From an uncultured virus (IMG/VR IMGVR_UViG_3300047315_000487) (Duplodnaviria > Heunggongvirae > Uroviricota > Caudoviricetes): DNA of 64,000 bases. Numbering within the stretch: the first letter of the stretch is position 1; the number at the start of each line of letters is the position of its first letter. Both the position numbers and the translations under genes were made by a program. The stretch is taken from the IMG/VR virus record IMGVR_UViG_3300047315_000487; one strand, written 5' to 3'. Of the stretch, positions 56,358-64,000 are shown one piece after another. The notes under the pieces were generated by a model, which was not told the origin of the DNA, did not search any database, and worked only from the letters and a program-made list of their open reading frames with translations.

Positions 56358-57233
56358 TCAGGCGGTGGCTTGGTCGAAAAGGTCAGTGACGGTCAGGTCG
56401 TCCCGGGCGATGGCGTGGTCTGCGGCGTTGAGGTCGATGCCCACGTACCGCATGCCGAGCTGACGGGCCGCGAGGCCAGTGGTTCCGGTGCCGGAGAACG
56501 GGTCGAGCACGACGCCACCCGGTCGGCACCCGGCCCGGATTGCACGCAGCGGCAGGTCTATCGGGAAGGTGGCGTAGTGCTTCCCCGCGTGCCGACCGGG
56601 TCGCTTGGGGATATCCCACACGTCACCGGGGTTGGAGCCGAGCGGGTTCGCCGTGCGGTGCAGGGTGGTCGGACCGGTCCCGTGGTTGGTGCCGGGTGCG
56701 GCGTACACGTGGCGGTTGAGGGCTGCGTTGCGATCGTGCTGGGCGCGCTCTTCGGTGATCGGGTTGCGGATCGCGTCCAAGTCGAAGTGGTATCGGCCCT
56801 GCCGGGTGAGCAGGAACAGGTGCTCCCACTTGTGGGACAGCCGGTCCTGCGCCTTCTCCGGCATGGCGTTCCGCTTGTGCCAGACGCCCTTGTTCCGGAC
56901 GATCCAGCCGTCGTCCGCGAGGGAGATGAGGAGCCGCTCGGGCACCAGGAGCGCGGACTTGTTGGCGTAGGAGTCGTCGATGTTGATCCAGCACGTGCCG
57001 TCCGCAGCCAGCACCCGGCGGGCCTCGGCGAACACGTCGCGGAGCTTGGCGACAAACTCGGCCGGGCTGGCTTCCTGCCCGTACTGGCCTGCAATTTTGT
57101 AGTCGCGGGCCTTGTAGTACGGCGGGCTGGTGACGATGCAGTCGACGGAGGCTCCGGGCAACTCCCGCAGGACATCAAGGGCGTCGCCGAGCCACAGCGT
57201 CACCTGATCATCGGAGTGGAAGAGGGCGGTCAC
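56358..57233 (-). CDS. Orphan N4-cytosine/N6-adenine DNA methyltransferase (beta class)
   Basis: TSPPY catalytic motif precedes VLDPFSGTGTT SAM-binding motif; HYATFP. Confidence 0.9.
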   Translation of the reverse strand: MTALFHSDDQVTLWLGDALDVLRELPGASVDCIVTSPPYYKARDYKIAGQYGQEASPAEFVAKLRDVFAEARRVLAADGTCWINIDDSYANKSALLVPERLLISLADDGWIVRNKGVWHKRNAMPEKAQDRLSHKWEHLFLLTRQGRYHFDLDAIRNPITEERAQHDRNAALNRHVYAAPGTNHGTGPTTLHRTANPLGSNPGDVWDIPKRPGRHAGKHYATFPIDLPLRAIRAGCRPGGVVLDPFSGTGTTGLAARQLGMRYVGIDLNAADHAIARDDLTVTDLFDQATA

Positions 57234-57367
57234 GGCGGGGTCCTTCCGGGTGGTGTCGGGTGTGTCGAGGAGCCGGGCACAGGCCCGGGGCTACGGGCGT
57301 TCCCCCCGCCGCCAGCCGGCGATGGCGCAGGCGGCGGCGAGGACGGACAGGGCGATGTGGGGAAAGG

Positions 57368-57703
57368 TCACGGCTGGTCGGCGGCTTCCTGGTCGCGGGA
57401 CCACTGGGCCGGGATGCGGGTGGCCGCCGGGTCGGGGCCCGGGTTCTGCCACATCACGCCCCACGGCTTGTCCACCGCCACGAGGCCGACAGTGGCCGGG
57501 TCGACGCAGTGACGGCCGCCGCCGTAAGAGCCCTTGCGGTGCTGGCCTGCTGCCGAGTCGCAGGAGAACGTCCGGCAGCACGCGGCGCAGTGGGCGCGGC
57601 CGGTTCCGGTCCAGTGCTGCCCGCACTTCGGGTGCCGGATCGCCGAGTACGCGAGGGCCTCGGGAGCGCTCTGGGTGTCGGCGGGGGTTTGGGTGTCGGT
57701 CAT
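57368..57703 (-). CDS. Phage Zn-binding protein
   Basis: KCGQHWTG..AHCAAC.RTFS..QHR..CVDP. Confidence 0.6.
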   Translation of the reverse strand: MTDTQTPADTQSAPEALAYSAIRHPKCGQHWTGTGRAHCAACCRTFSCDSAAGQHRKGSYGGGRHCVDPATVGLVAVDKPWGVMWQNPGPDPAATRIPAQWSRDQEAADQP

Positions 57704-57804
57704 TGATGCCTCAAATCGTTGGTCGGGTCTTTGTCAGACGGCTTCGGGCGCGGATTTCGGGGAAGCGGACGCGGGTGGTGCTCGCGCGGCCCTGTAGTGG
57801 CGAA

Positions 57805-58083
57805 TCAGGGAGAGTCCTCGCCGGAGTCTCCGGCGAGCGCCCGTATCCCGGCCCGCAGCAGCCCCGCCTCCTCCGGCAGCAACGCCCCACGCTCAGCCCG
57901 ATCCACCAGCGCCAGCAGGGACGCAGCGGTCGGCCGCCCGTCGGCGCGCTGCACGAAGCCGGCGGACGCCTCGTAGTCGACGACGGTCTTGCGGGCGGCC
58001 AGGTAGGCGCGGAAGTCGGCCACGGCCTGCGCGTCGCCATCGGACAGGACGGTGCGCGGGTCGTTGCCGCAACCCCGGGTCAC
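57805..58083 (-). CDS. Hypothetical protein
   Basis: Coupled ORF. Confidence 0.5.
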   Translation of the reverse strand: MTRGCGNDPRTVLSDGDAQAVADFRAYLAARKTVVDYEASAGFVQRADGRPTAASLLALVDRAERGALLPEEAGLLRAGIRALAGDSGEDSP

Positions 58084-58328
58084 CGCCGTGCCTCCTTCCG
58101 TGGCGGCACGGCCACATCCCCCGGCCGCACCAGCCCGACCCGCATGGCCACCGCGACCGCCTGGGCCCGGGTGTCGGCGCCGAGTTCTGCCATGGCGGCC
58201 GTCATGTCGCGGCGGACGGTGTCGGGGCCGCGCTTGAACTCGGCGGCTACCTCGGCTGTGGTGTGGCCGTTGGCGTAGAGGCGGAGGATGCGGGCCTGCC
58301 GGGCGGACAGGCTGCGGGGGGCGGTCAC
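58080..58328 (-). CDS. LuxR-type HTH protein
   Basis: LSARQARILRLYANG.TT.EVA..TV..LGA..RAQAV. Confidence 0.8.
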   Translation of the reverse strand: MTAPRSLSARQARILRLYANGHTTAEVAAEFKRGPDTVRRDMTAAMAELGADTRAQAVAVAMRVGLVRPGDVAVPPRKEARR

Positions 58329-59080
58329 CGCTGCGCCCCCTCAGCGGCCTCAGGCTGCTGCGGGATCAGGACGTCCGCGCCGCAGGTCGAATGCGCGCAG
58401 ATCCCGCCGTCGGGCAGGTCCTCCGAGAAGACCGGGGGCCAGTAGGGGCTGAGTTCGTCCCGGTGGCGGGTGCAGAACAGGGCGGTGCCGCCGGGTGACT
58501 GGTAGGCAACGATGCGGTCCCCGTCGGCCTCCTGCGGCCGCTGCGCCACGGCGGCCGGGGCTCCGATGCCGAGGATGTGCACGGGGTCCATCGGCGGGCG
58601 CTTGGGCTGGGCGGCCTGCGTCTCCCGTTCGTCACGGGCCTCGCCAGCCATGTCATGCAGCTCGGCCACCAGGACGCGGGCCACGTCCCGGAACGAGTGA
58701 AGCCGGGCCGCAGGAGCAGGCGCCTGCCGTGCGCGGGTCTCAAGCCGCTCGATCACCTCACGGATCAGCGCGGCCCGGTCGGCGGGCGCAGGCGACGAGA
58801 CGGCGGGCTCCCACACCGCACGGAACGCCGCATCCGACTTCGCCACGAAGTAGCCCTCAAAGCGCAGCACCCAGTCACCGGGGCCGATGCCCACCCAGTG
58901 GCTGGCCTCGACGAGCAACTGCGCGTCCTGGTCCGGGTCCTCGATGCGGTCCTGCGGGTCGATCGTGTCGAAGTCGGTACCGGCGAACGCGCGGAGTTCG
59001 TCGGCGTTGGTGCCGGTCCACTGGAGGGCTTCGGCTTCGAGAGGGCGCTGGCGGTAGGCGGGCTTGCTGGGTTCGGACAT
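58325..59080 (-). CDS. Hypothetical phage protein
   Basis: EALQWTGTN..GDWV..F..WEP N-terminal domain common in phages. Confidence 0.55.
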   Translation of the reverse strand: MSEPSKPAYRQRPLEAEALQWTGTNADELRAFAGTDFDTIDPQDRIEDPDQDAQLLVEASHWVGIGPGDWVLRFEGYFVAKSDAAFRAVWEPAVSSPAPADRAALIREVIERLETRARQAPAPAARLHSFRDVARVLVAELHDMAGEARDERETQAAQPKRPPMDPVHILGIGAPAAVAQRPQEADGDRIVAYQSPGGTALFCTRHRDELSPYWPPVFSEDLPDGGICAHSTCGADVLIPQQPEAAEGAQR

Positions 59081-59111
59081 CAGGGGTCTCCGGTCTCGGG
59101 ATGGGCGGGGG

Positions 59112-59948
59112 TCAGGCTGCGGTCGGGTTGGCCTTGTTGGCCCGGGAGAACGAGGCGTTCACCATGCTTTTCGTCGCGCCGATCCGGGCGCCGGCCTGCT
59201 CGCGGGTGTAGCCCTGCGTCTCAATCAGCCACGTGACGTCCTCGACGACGGCGTCCTGCCGCGTGGTCTTGTCACCCACGCAGGGCTTGGCGGCCGGGTC
59301 GTCGATCGTGTCGTCGTCCCACGCGCCGACGGGCGGCCAGCCCTGAGCGGCTGCGTGACGGCGGGCGCGGGTGGCTCCGGCCGGGCTGGCGCCATGTTCG
59401 GACGGGTCCGCACGCCATAGGTCGTCGTACAGGCCGCGGACAGCCCGCGCGGTGCGGACGATGGTCCGGTCCCGGCGCAGGGCGTCGCTGAAGTTCGAGT
59501 CGGTCACGCCCAGCCGCACCGCGAGGTGATGCTGCGGCCAGCCCGCGGCAACCAGCGCCCGCAGGCGGCGGTGCGTGCCGGTTGCGTCGATGACGGTGGC
59601 GGTGCCGAGGTTGTCGAGCGTCGGCTCGACGGCCAGGACCGCGGCGGCGAACGCGGGGCGGACCTTCTCCTGCGGGCCGGTGCCGCGCTCGGGTCGGCCG
59701 CCGATGACGGCCTGCAGACGCTTACGGTCAACACCTGCCACGTCGGCGATCCGGCGCAGCCCGAGACCGCACGCCTGCAGATTGCGGATGTGATCGCGGA
59801 CCGGCTCGGCGTCGGTCCAGGGCTGCCACTGGCCGCGGCGGATCGCGTACTCCCGGGCATCCCGGTACGAGGCGACCGCCCAGCCGCAGGTGTAGCAACG
59901 GCAGCCGTCCAGCTTGTAGCGGGCGTAACCGTGCGGGCGTTCGCTCAT
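59112..59948 (-). CDS. Multi-HTH phage DNA-binding protein
   Basis: HG..Y..GCRC..C; IADVAGV; RRLRALVAAGW. Confidence 0.65.
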   Translation of the reverse strand: MSERPHGYARYKLDGCRCYTCGWAVASYRDAREYAIRRGQWQPWTDAEPVRDHIRNLQACGLGLRRIADVAGVDRKRLQAVIGGRPERGTGPQEKVRPAFAAAVLAVEPTLDNLGTATVIDATGTHRRLRALVAAGWPQHHLAVRLGVTDSNFSDALRRDRTIVRTARAVRGLYDDLWRADPSEHGASPAGATRARRHAAAQGWPPVGAWDDDTIDDPAAKPCVGDKTTRQDAVVEDVTWLIETQGYTREQAGARIGATKSMVNASFSRANKANPTAA

Positions 59949-59949
59949 G

Positions 59950-60396
59950 TCAGCTGGCCTTCCTGTCATCGCGTGCGGGTTGGCAAACGGGCTGGTCGGG
60001 GGCCCGTCGCACGGTGAGGTGCGGGGGGTGGGGGGTGGTCATGAGGTCGGCCAGTTCGGCGGCCAGGCGGTGGATGCCGCCGGCGTGCGGGCTGCCGAGC
60101 GATGTGGCTTCGAGGACCCAGCCGACGAGGATGTAGGCCTCGGTCGGGCAGAACGAGGGCGGGCTCTGCGTGCACGGCCGGTGCGTGCCCCGGTCGATCT
60201 GGCCGAGCTCGCGACGCACCCGCTCCAGGCGCGGCACGTCGGCCACCGGGCGGTCCGTACCGCGGTTGGCGCGGATGACGCGGTCGAGGATTTCCCGCAT
60301 CGCCGGGTAGGTGGCGTTCCACAGTGCGGCGAGGTCGGCGGCCTGGTCGGCGGTGAGGTGGCGGTAGGTGCGGAGGGTGGCGGGGGTGATGGTCAC
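59950..60396 (-). CDS. Hypothetical protein
   Basis: GGAGG RBS; coupled. Confidence 0.55.
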   Translation of the reverse strand: MTITPATLRTYRHLTADQAADLAALWNATYPAMREILDRVIRANRGTDRPVADVPRLERVRRELGQIDRGTHRPCTQSPPSFCPTEAYILVGWVLEATSLGSPHAGGIHRLAAELADLMTTPHPPHLTVRRAPDQPVCQPARDDRKAS

Positions 60397-60713
60397 GGCA
60401 TCCTCCAGAGCGTCTTGGCGGCGATCCGGCAGCCGCTGCACTCGCAGTTGGCCGGGGCGTCGTAGTTGCCGTGGCGGTAGTCCTCGACGGCCTGCTGCCA
60501 GGCGGCGGGGTCCTGGGGTTCGACGGGGCCGGGCGGCCGGGTGCCGGTGGGCCATGCGCCGGGCCGGTGGTTCGGGTCGCGGGGCTCGAGCGCCTTGGCC
60601 TTTGCGGGCGGGGCTGCGGCCGGCTGGGGCTTGGAGCCGAGGTGGCGCAGGAACTCTCCGAAGGAGCCGTCGCGGCGCATGGCGGCGATGTCCTCGGCAC
60701 TGACATCGGTCAT
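60393..60713 (-). CDS. Hypothetical protein
   Basis: ATGA-coupled; HRPGAWP.G. Confidence 0.55.
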   Translation of the reverse strand: MTDVSAEDIAAMRRDGSFGEFLRHLGSKPQPAAAPPAKAKALEPRDPNHRPGAWPTGTRPPGPVEPQDPAAWQQAVEDYRHGNYDAPANCECSGCRIAAKTLWRMP

Positions 60714-60982
60714 GTTGCCCACGCCCCTTCGCCTTCGGGGAGCAGCCCGATGAGGTGCGATATGGCGGCGTGCCAGGCCTCTTCGGTGTGGAGCTCGGGG
60801 GCGGCGCCGGTGTCGCGTTCCCAGCCGGCGAGGGGCTTGATGGCGGGGCGCAGGGTCCAGCTCCAGTACTGCGAGAACGACCACATCGGGTTGTCCGCCG
60901 CCCGCTTGGCTTCGGCGAGGACGGTCTGCTCGAGGTCGATGAACCGCGGTTCTGCTGCCGTGAGTTCGAGCCAGGTGATCAC
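60710..60982 (-). CDS. Hypothetical protein
   Basis: Coupled to helicase stop. Confidence 0.6.
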   Translation of the reverse strand: MITWLELTAAEPRFIDLEQTVLAEAKRAADNPMWSFSQYWSWTLRPAIKPLAGWERDTGAAPELHTEEAWHAAISHLIGLLPEGEGAWAT

Positions 60983-63582
60983 GTGTATTCCCTTCCGAAG
61001 TTGCTGAGGCGGGCGTAGTGGCCCTGCCAGACGAGCGGGATTTCGATCTTGTTTTTGCCTTGGCGCTGCTTCTCGACGAGCACGTCGACCTCGTCGGTGC
61101 GGTCCCTGTCGCCGCGGGCCCGCTCGTCGTCGGTGAGCGGCGGCGGCCGATGGAGGAGCAGCACGATGTCCGCGTCGTTCTCGATCGACCCCGACTCGCG
61201 AAGGTCGGACATGGCGGGCTTCTTGTCCGCGCGCCCCTCCGACGCCCGGTTCAACTGGGTGAGCGCGATGACCGGGATGTTGAACTCCATGGCGAGCTTC
61301 TTCAGCTCGCGCGAGAGCTCGCCGACCGCGGCGACACGGTTCTCGTGCCGGCCGGTGGGCTTCATCTGCTGGATGTAGTCGATGACGGCGACCGCGGCCG
61401 GAATGCCCTGGCCCTGCATCCAGCGGAGCCGGGTGCGGACGTGGGAGACGGTGAGGGACGTGGAGTCGTCGATGACAAGCGGGGCGTCCCGGACGCTCGA
61501 CGACACGCCGGAGATGAGCATGAAGTCCCGGTCGGTGAAGTTGCGGTCCTCGAAAGCGGTTAGTGACACCGAGGCCTGCGAGGCGAGGATCCGGTCGTCG
61601 ATCTGGAAGCGCGGCATCTCGAGGCTGAACAGCACCGCGGGCTGACCGCGCTTGACGGCCGTGTGCACGGCGATGCCGAGCCCGGCGAGCGAGTTGTGCG
61701 TCGGGATGCAGGCGCGGCTGGCCAGGAACAGGTGGCTCTCATTGTCGACGCGGACGCATCGCACCGGCACCGACGGGATCGGGCGAACATCCACGACGTA
61801 GCGCCGGTCGACGCCAGCACGGTTCGTGGTGACGAGTCGCTGTGCCTTTCGGGTCAGGTAGACGACCTTGTCGGTCGTGGTGAAGGTGACGATGTAGCAG
61901 GTGGATGTCTCCGGGTGGCGGCCCTTGACGGGCTTGGTCCGTATGGCGGGCCGGTAGCCGAGCGATGCGATCAGCTCGTAGGCACCCTCGGCCAGGGCCC
62001 GGCTAGTGACAGCGAACTGGACACTGCCGCTCGTATTGACGGTGCCGTCGGTGTCGAGCAGCCCGGCGAGCAGCTTGCGCCGCTGACGCTCGGAAGCACG
62101 CAGATAGGCCGCAGGGATGTGCTTGTTGCCGAGGACGCCTATGTCGCGCAGCAGCTCTGTCAGAGTCCGATGTTTCTCGGCCTGAGGTGCCGTGGTCGGC
62201 ACATAGCCGCGCTTCCAGCCGGTCAGATTGGGGCCAGTGACCTTCCGGATGGCGTCGGCCGCAACGCCGACATGAACGGCCGCCCGCATGATCGGCATCC
62301 CGTCGCGCACCAACTCTGCGCCGTCGGTCACGCGCTGGCGCCACTCGGACTGGTTGCTGATCCCGTAGAGCAGGTAGTTCTTTCGCGGCGTGATCTCGTA
62401 ACCGTCCAGCCGGATCCGGTCGAGGATCTCGGGGTCCACGGTGGTGATGTTGGGGGTGAGTGAGCCGCCATCACCCAGCCACGCACCCAGGGTGTACGGA
62501 GCGATGAGCAGGTCAGCTTCAGGAAGTTCGAACGGGCGGGCATTGACGATCGAGTGATTGGCCCGTTGATCCGCGGTCGTCGCCCTCACGGTTGCCGCGA
62601 TCTCAGCGGTGGTTCGCACCGCGGGGAAGGTGCGTTGGTTCCGGTAGCGGTTCCGCCCAGCCGCCGCCTGCTGCGCTGACCGCAAGGACGCGCAAGTGTC
62701 CGTGAGCCACTGGTGCTCAGCATCGGCGACGATCACCGTGCCATCGGAGAACTCGACCTCAAAGCAGGGGCGGCCGTGCATAACGTCGGTCGCTGCCGTG
62801 ACAGTGCAGGGCTTGCCGTCGGCTCCGATGAGCTGCTCGCCGACTCGGATGTCGCCCATCGTCGTCCAGCCGGACGGCGTAGGCAGTGGCGTGTCGAGAG
62901 CGAGCGCCTTGCCGCCACCCGGTCGGGCTCCGATCACCACAAGCTGGCCGCCACGAATGCGGACCCGCTCGTTCACGTCCAGCCACGGCGTCGGCAGCAC
63001 CGGGTTCAGGTCGGGCTTCTCCAGCGACGCCAGGTAGTCCTCGAAGTCATCAGCCAGCAACAGGGGCTGGCTGTCCGGCCGGCCGACGGCCGCGGCCTGG
63101 ACTCCGGCGAGCACGATCTCGGTGTCGGTTGCCGCGTCGAAGGCGGGGCTCGAGGTGAGCTGCACGCCTCGGATGCAGGCTCGCCACACGGCGCGGCGGG
63201 CGTAGTCGTCGACGACGAGCTGGGCGTGGTTGCGGACGGCCTCGAGACCGATGGCTGCCCGGTTGGCGAGGTCGTACACGCGGTCGGGGCTGTTCCCGAA
63301 CACCCGCATGCCGTCGGTCTTCTGGACCTGGCGGACGATGGACCGGACGTCGATCCACTGGTTGCCGCCAGCAAGCTCGAGGGCTGCGGCGAAGGCGGTC
63401 GAGCATGTCGCCTGGTAGAAGTGCTCGGGGGTGAGGATCTCCGCAGCGGTCTCGGTGTAGTTGCGGCCGTGAAGGGCGGCGCCGACTACGGCGTCCTCGG
63501 CGTCGAGAACGGCGCGGCTCGGGACCTCGCCGGATGGCGGACCGGGCTGCTCGTCGAGCGGGTCGTCGTCAAAGTGGCTCAT
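60979..63582 (-). CDS. dnaB: Replicative DnaB-like helicase with intein
   Basis: GARPGGGK|S Walker A split by intein; FSLEM; IDYIQ; QLNR; DLRESGSIENDAD. Confidence 0.93.
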   Translation of the reverse strand: MSHFDDDPLDEQPGPPSGEVPSRAVLDAEDAVVGAALHGRNYTETAAEILTPEHFYQATCSTAFAAALELAGGNQWIDVRSIVRQVQKTDGMRVFGNSPDRVYDLANRAAIGLEAVRNHAQLVVDDYARRAVWRACIRGVQLTSSPAFDAATDTEIVLAGVQAAAVGRPDSQPLLLADDFEDYLASLEKPDLNPVLPTPWLDVNERVRIRGGQLVVIGARPGGGKALALDTPLPTPSGWTTMGDIRVGEQLIGADGKPCTVTAATDVMHGRPCFEVEFSDGTVIVADAEHQWLTDTCASLRSAQQAAAGRNRYRNQRTFPAVRTTAEIAATVRATTADQRANHSIVNARPFELPEADLLIAPYTLGAWLGDGGSLTPNITTVDPEILDRIRLDGYEITPRKNYLLYGISNQSEWRQRVTDGAELVRDGMPIMRAAVHVGVAADAIRKVTGPNLTGWKRGYVPTTAPQAEKHRTLTELLRDIGVLGNKHIPAAYLRASERQRRKLLAGLLDTDGTVNTSGSVQFAVTSRALAEGAYELIASLGYRPAIRTKPVKGRHPETSTCYIVTFTTTDKVVYLTRKAQRLVTTNRAGVDRRYVVDVRPIPSVPVRCVRVDNESHLFLASRACIPTHNSLAGLGIAVHTAVKRGQPAVLFSLEMPRFQIDDRILASQASVSLTAFEDRNFTDRDFMLISGVSSSVRDAPLVIDDSTSLTVSHVRTRLRWMQGQGIPAAVAVIDYIQQMKPTGRHENRVAAVGELSRELKKLAMEFNIPVIALTQLNRASEGRADKKPAMSDLRESGSIENDADIVLLLHRPPPLTDDERARGDRDRTDEVDVLVEKQRQGKNKIEIPLVWQGHYARLSNFGREYT
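61693..62907 (-). mobile_element. 405-aa intein with LAGLIDADG-like homing endonuclease
   Basis: Starts ALALDT, ends PTHN followed by Ser; LGAWLGDG and LAGLLDTDG. Confidence 0.9.
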
Positions 63583-64000
63583 CGGGTGTCTCCCATGGCG
63601 TCGGGGTTGCAGTTGCGGCAGCGGACGTAGCCGGTGCCGTTGTCGAGCCAGCGGTAATCGGGGCTGTCGCACTTGCCGCACCACTCGGGGAGCGGGGCGG
63701 CGGAAGGCTTGGGGGAATCGCGGGCGGTGACGGTGTCCGGATGCCATGCAGTGCCGGGTCTGGGCGCCCCGTACTCCTGCCAGATGTCGAGCAGGAGCGT
63801 CGCGAACTTGATCGGGTTGGTCGGGTCGTAGCGGAGGCCGGCGAGGTGGACCAGGTAGGGCTGGCCGTGGCTCCCGAGTAGCTGCTGGAGTTGCACCCAC
63901 CGGAGATCGCTCATCCGGTGCTTCCAGCTGACGACGATGCCCTTCGCCTCGAGCTCGTTGATGATGCTTTGGGCCCAGCCAGGTACACGAAGCCCGCGGT
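63579..64000 (-). CDS. Probable replication initiator, C-terminal part (start outside window)
   Basis: Frame open to window edge; PEWCGKCD..RCRNCNP Zn ribbon; coupled to dnaB. Confidence 0.55.
   Translation of the reverse strand, partial: RGLRVPGWAQSIINELEAKGIVVSWKHRMSDLRWVQLQQLLGSHGQPYLVHLAGLRYDPTNPIKFATLLLDIWQEYGAPRPGTAWHPDTVTARDSPKPSAAPLPEWCGKCDSPDYRWLDNGTGYVRCRNCNPDAMGDTR

Larger units (their letters stand above)
1..64000. mobile_element. Large temperate siphovirus-like phage/prophage of an actinomycete; both ends lie outside the window
   Basis: Co-oriented terminase, portal, protease, capsid, tail, tape measure and lysis genes; DnaB, BRO, XRE and many small overlapping early ORFs; no host genes seen. 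Confidence 0.93.

Overview
The whole 64 kb window reads as the interior of one large, very GC-rich temperate siphovirus-like element, most likely from Streptomyces or a relative. No host housekeeping genes, integrase or att site are visible. Most genes are on the minus strand. Reading from right to left in their direction of transcription: (1) a replication initiator C-terminus and a DnaB helicase carrying an Ala-start (class 3-type) intein with a LAGLIDADG-like endonuclease; (2) about 25 small early genes, including an orphan DNA methyltransferase and a hyaluronan synthase/NodC-like glycosyltransferase; (3) a regulatory/accessory block with two toxin-antitoxin pairs, XRE regulators, a BRO antirepressor, and a small Rep-like protein followed by 16-bp iteron-like repeats; (4) an actinomycete plasmid/AICE-type conjugation module with GntR-UTRA (KorSA-like) regulators, Xis-like HTH, DUF2637/SpdA-like protein containing polarized 8-bp repeats, TraA-like helical proteins, TraB FtsK-type ATPase and small membrane proteins; (5) late regulators and a structured non-coding region with a tRNA-like fold; (6) an apparently complete head-tail module and the start of the lysis cassette. 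The most striking feature is that an intact-looking virion module and an intact-looking TraB conjugation module share one element, suggesting a phage able to spread by mycelial conjugation. All product calls come from motif recognition by eye; no database searches were run.
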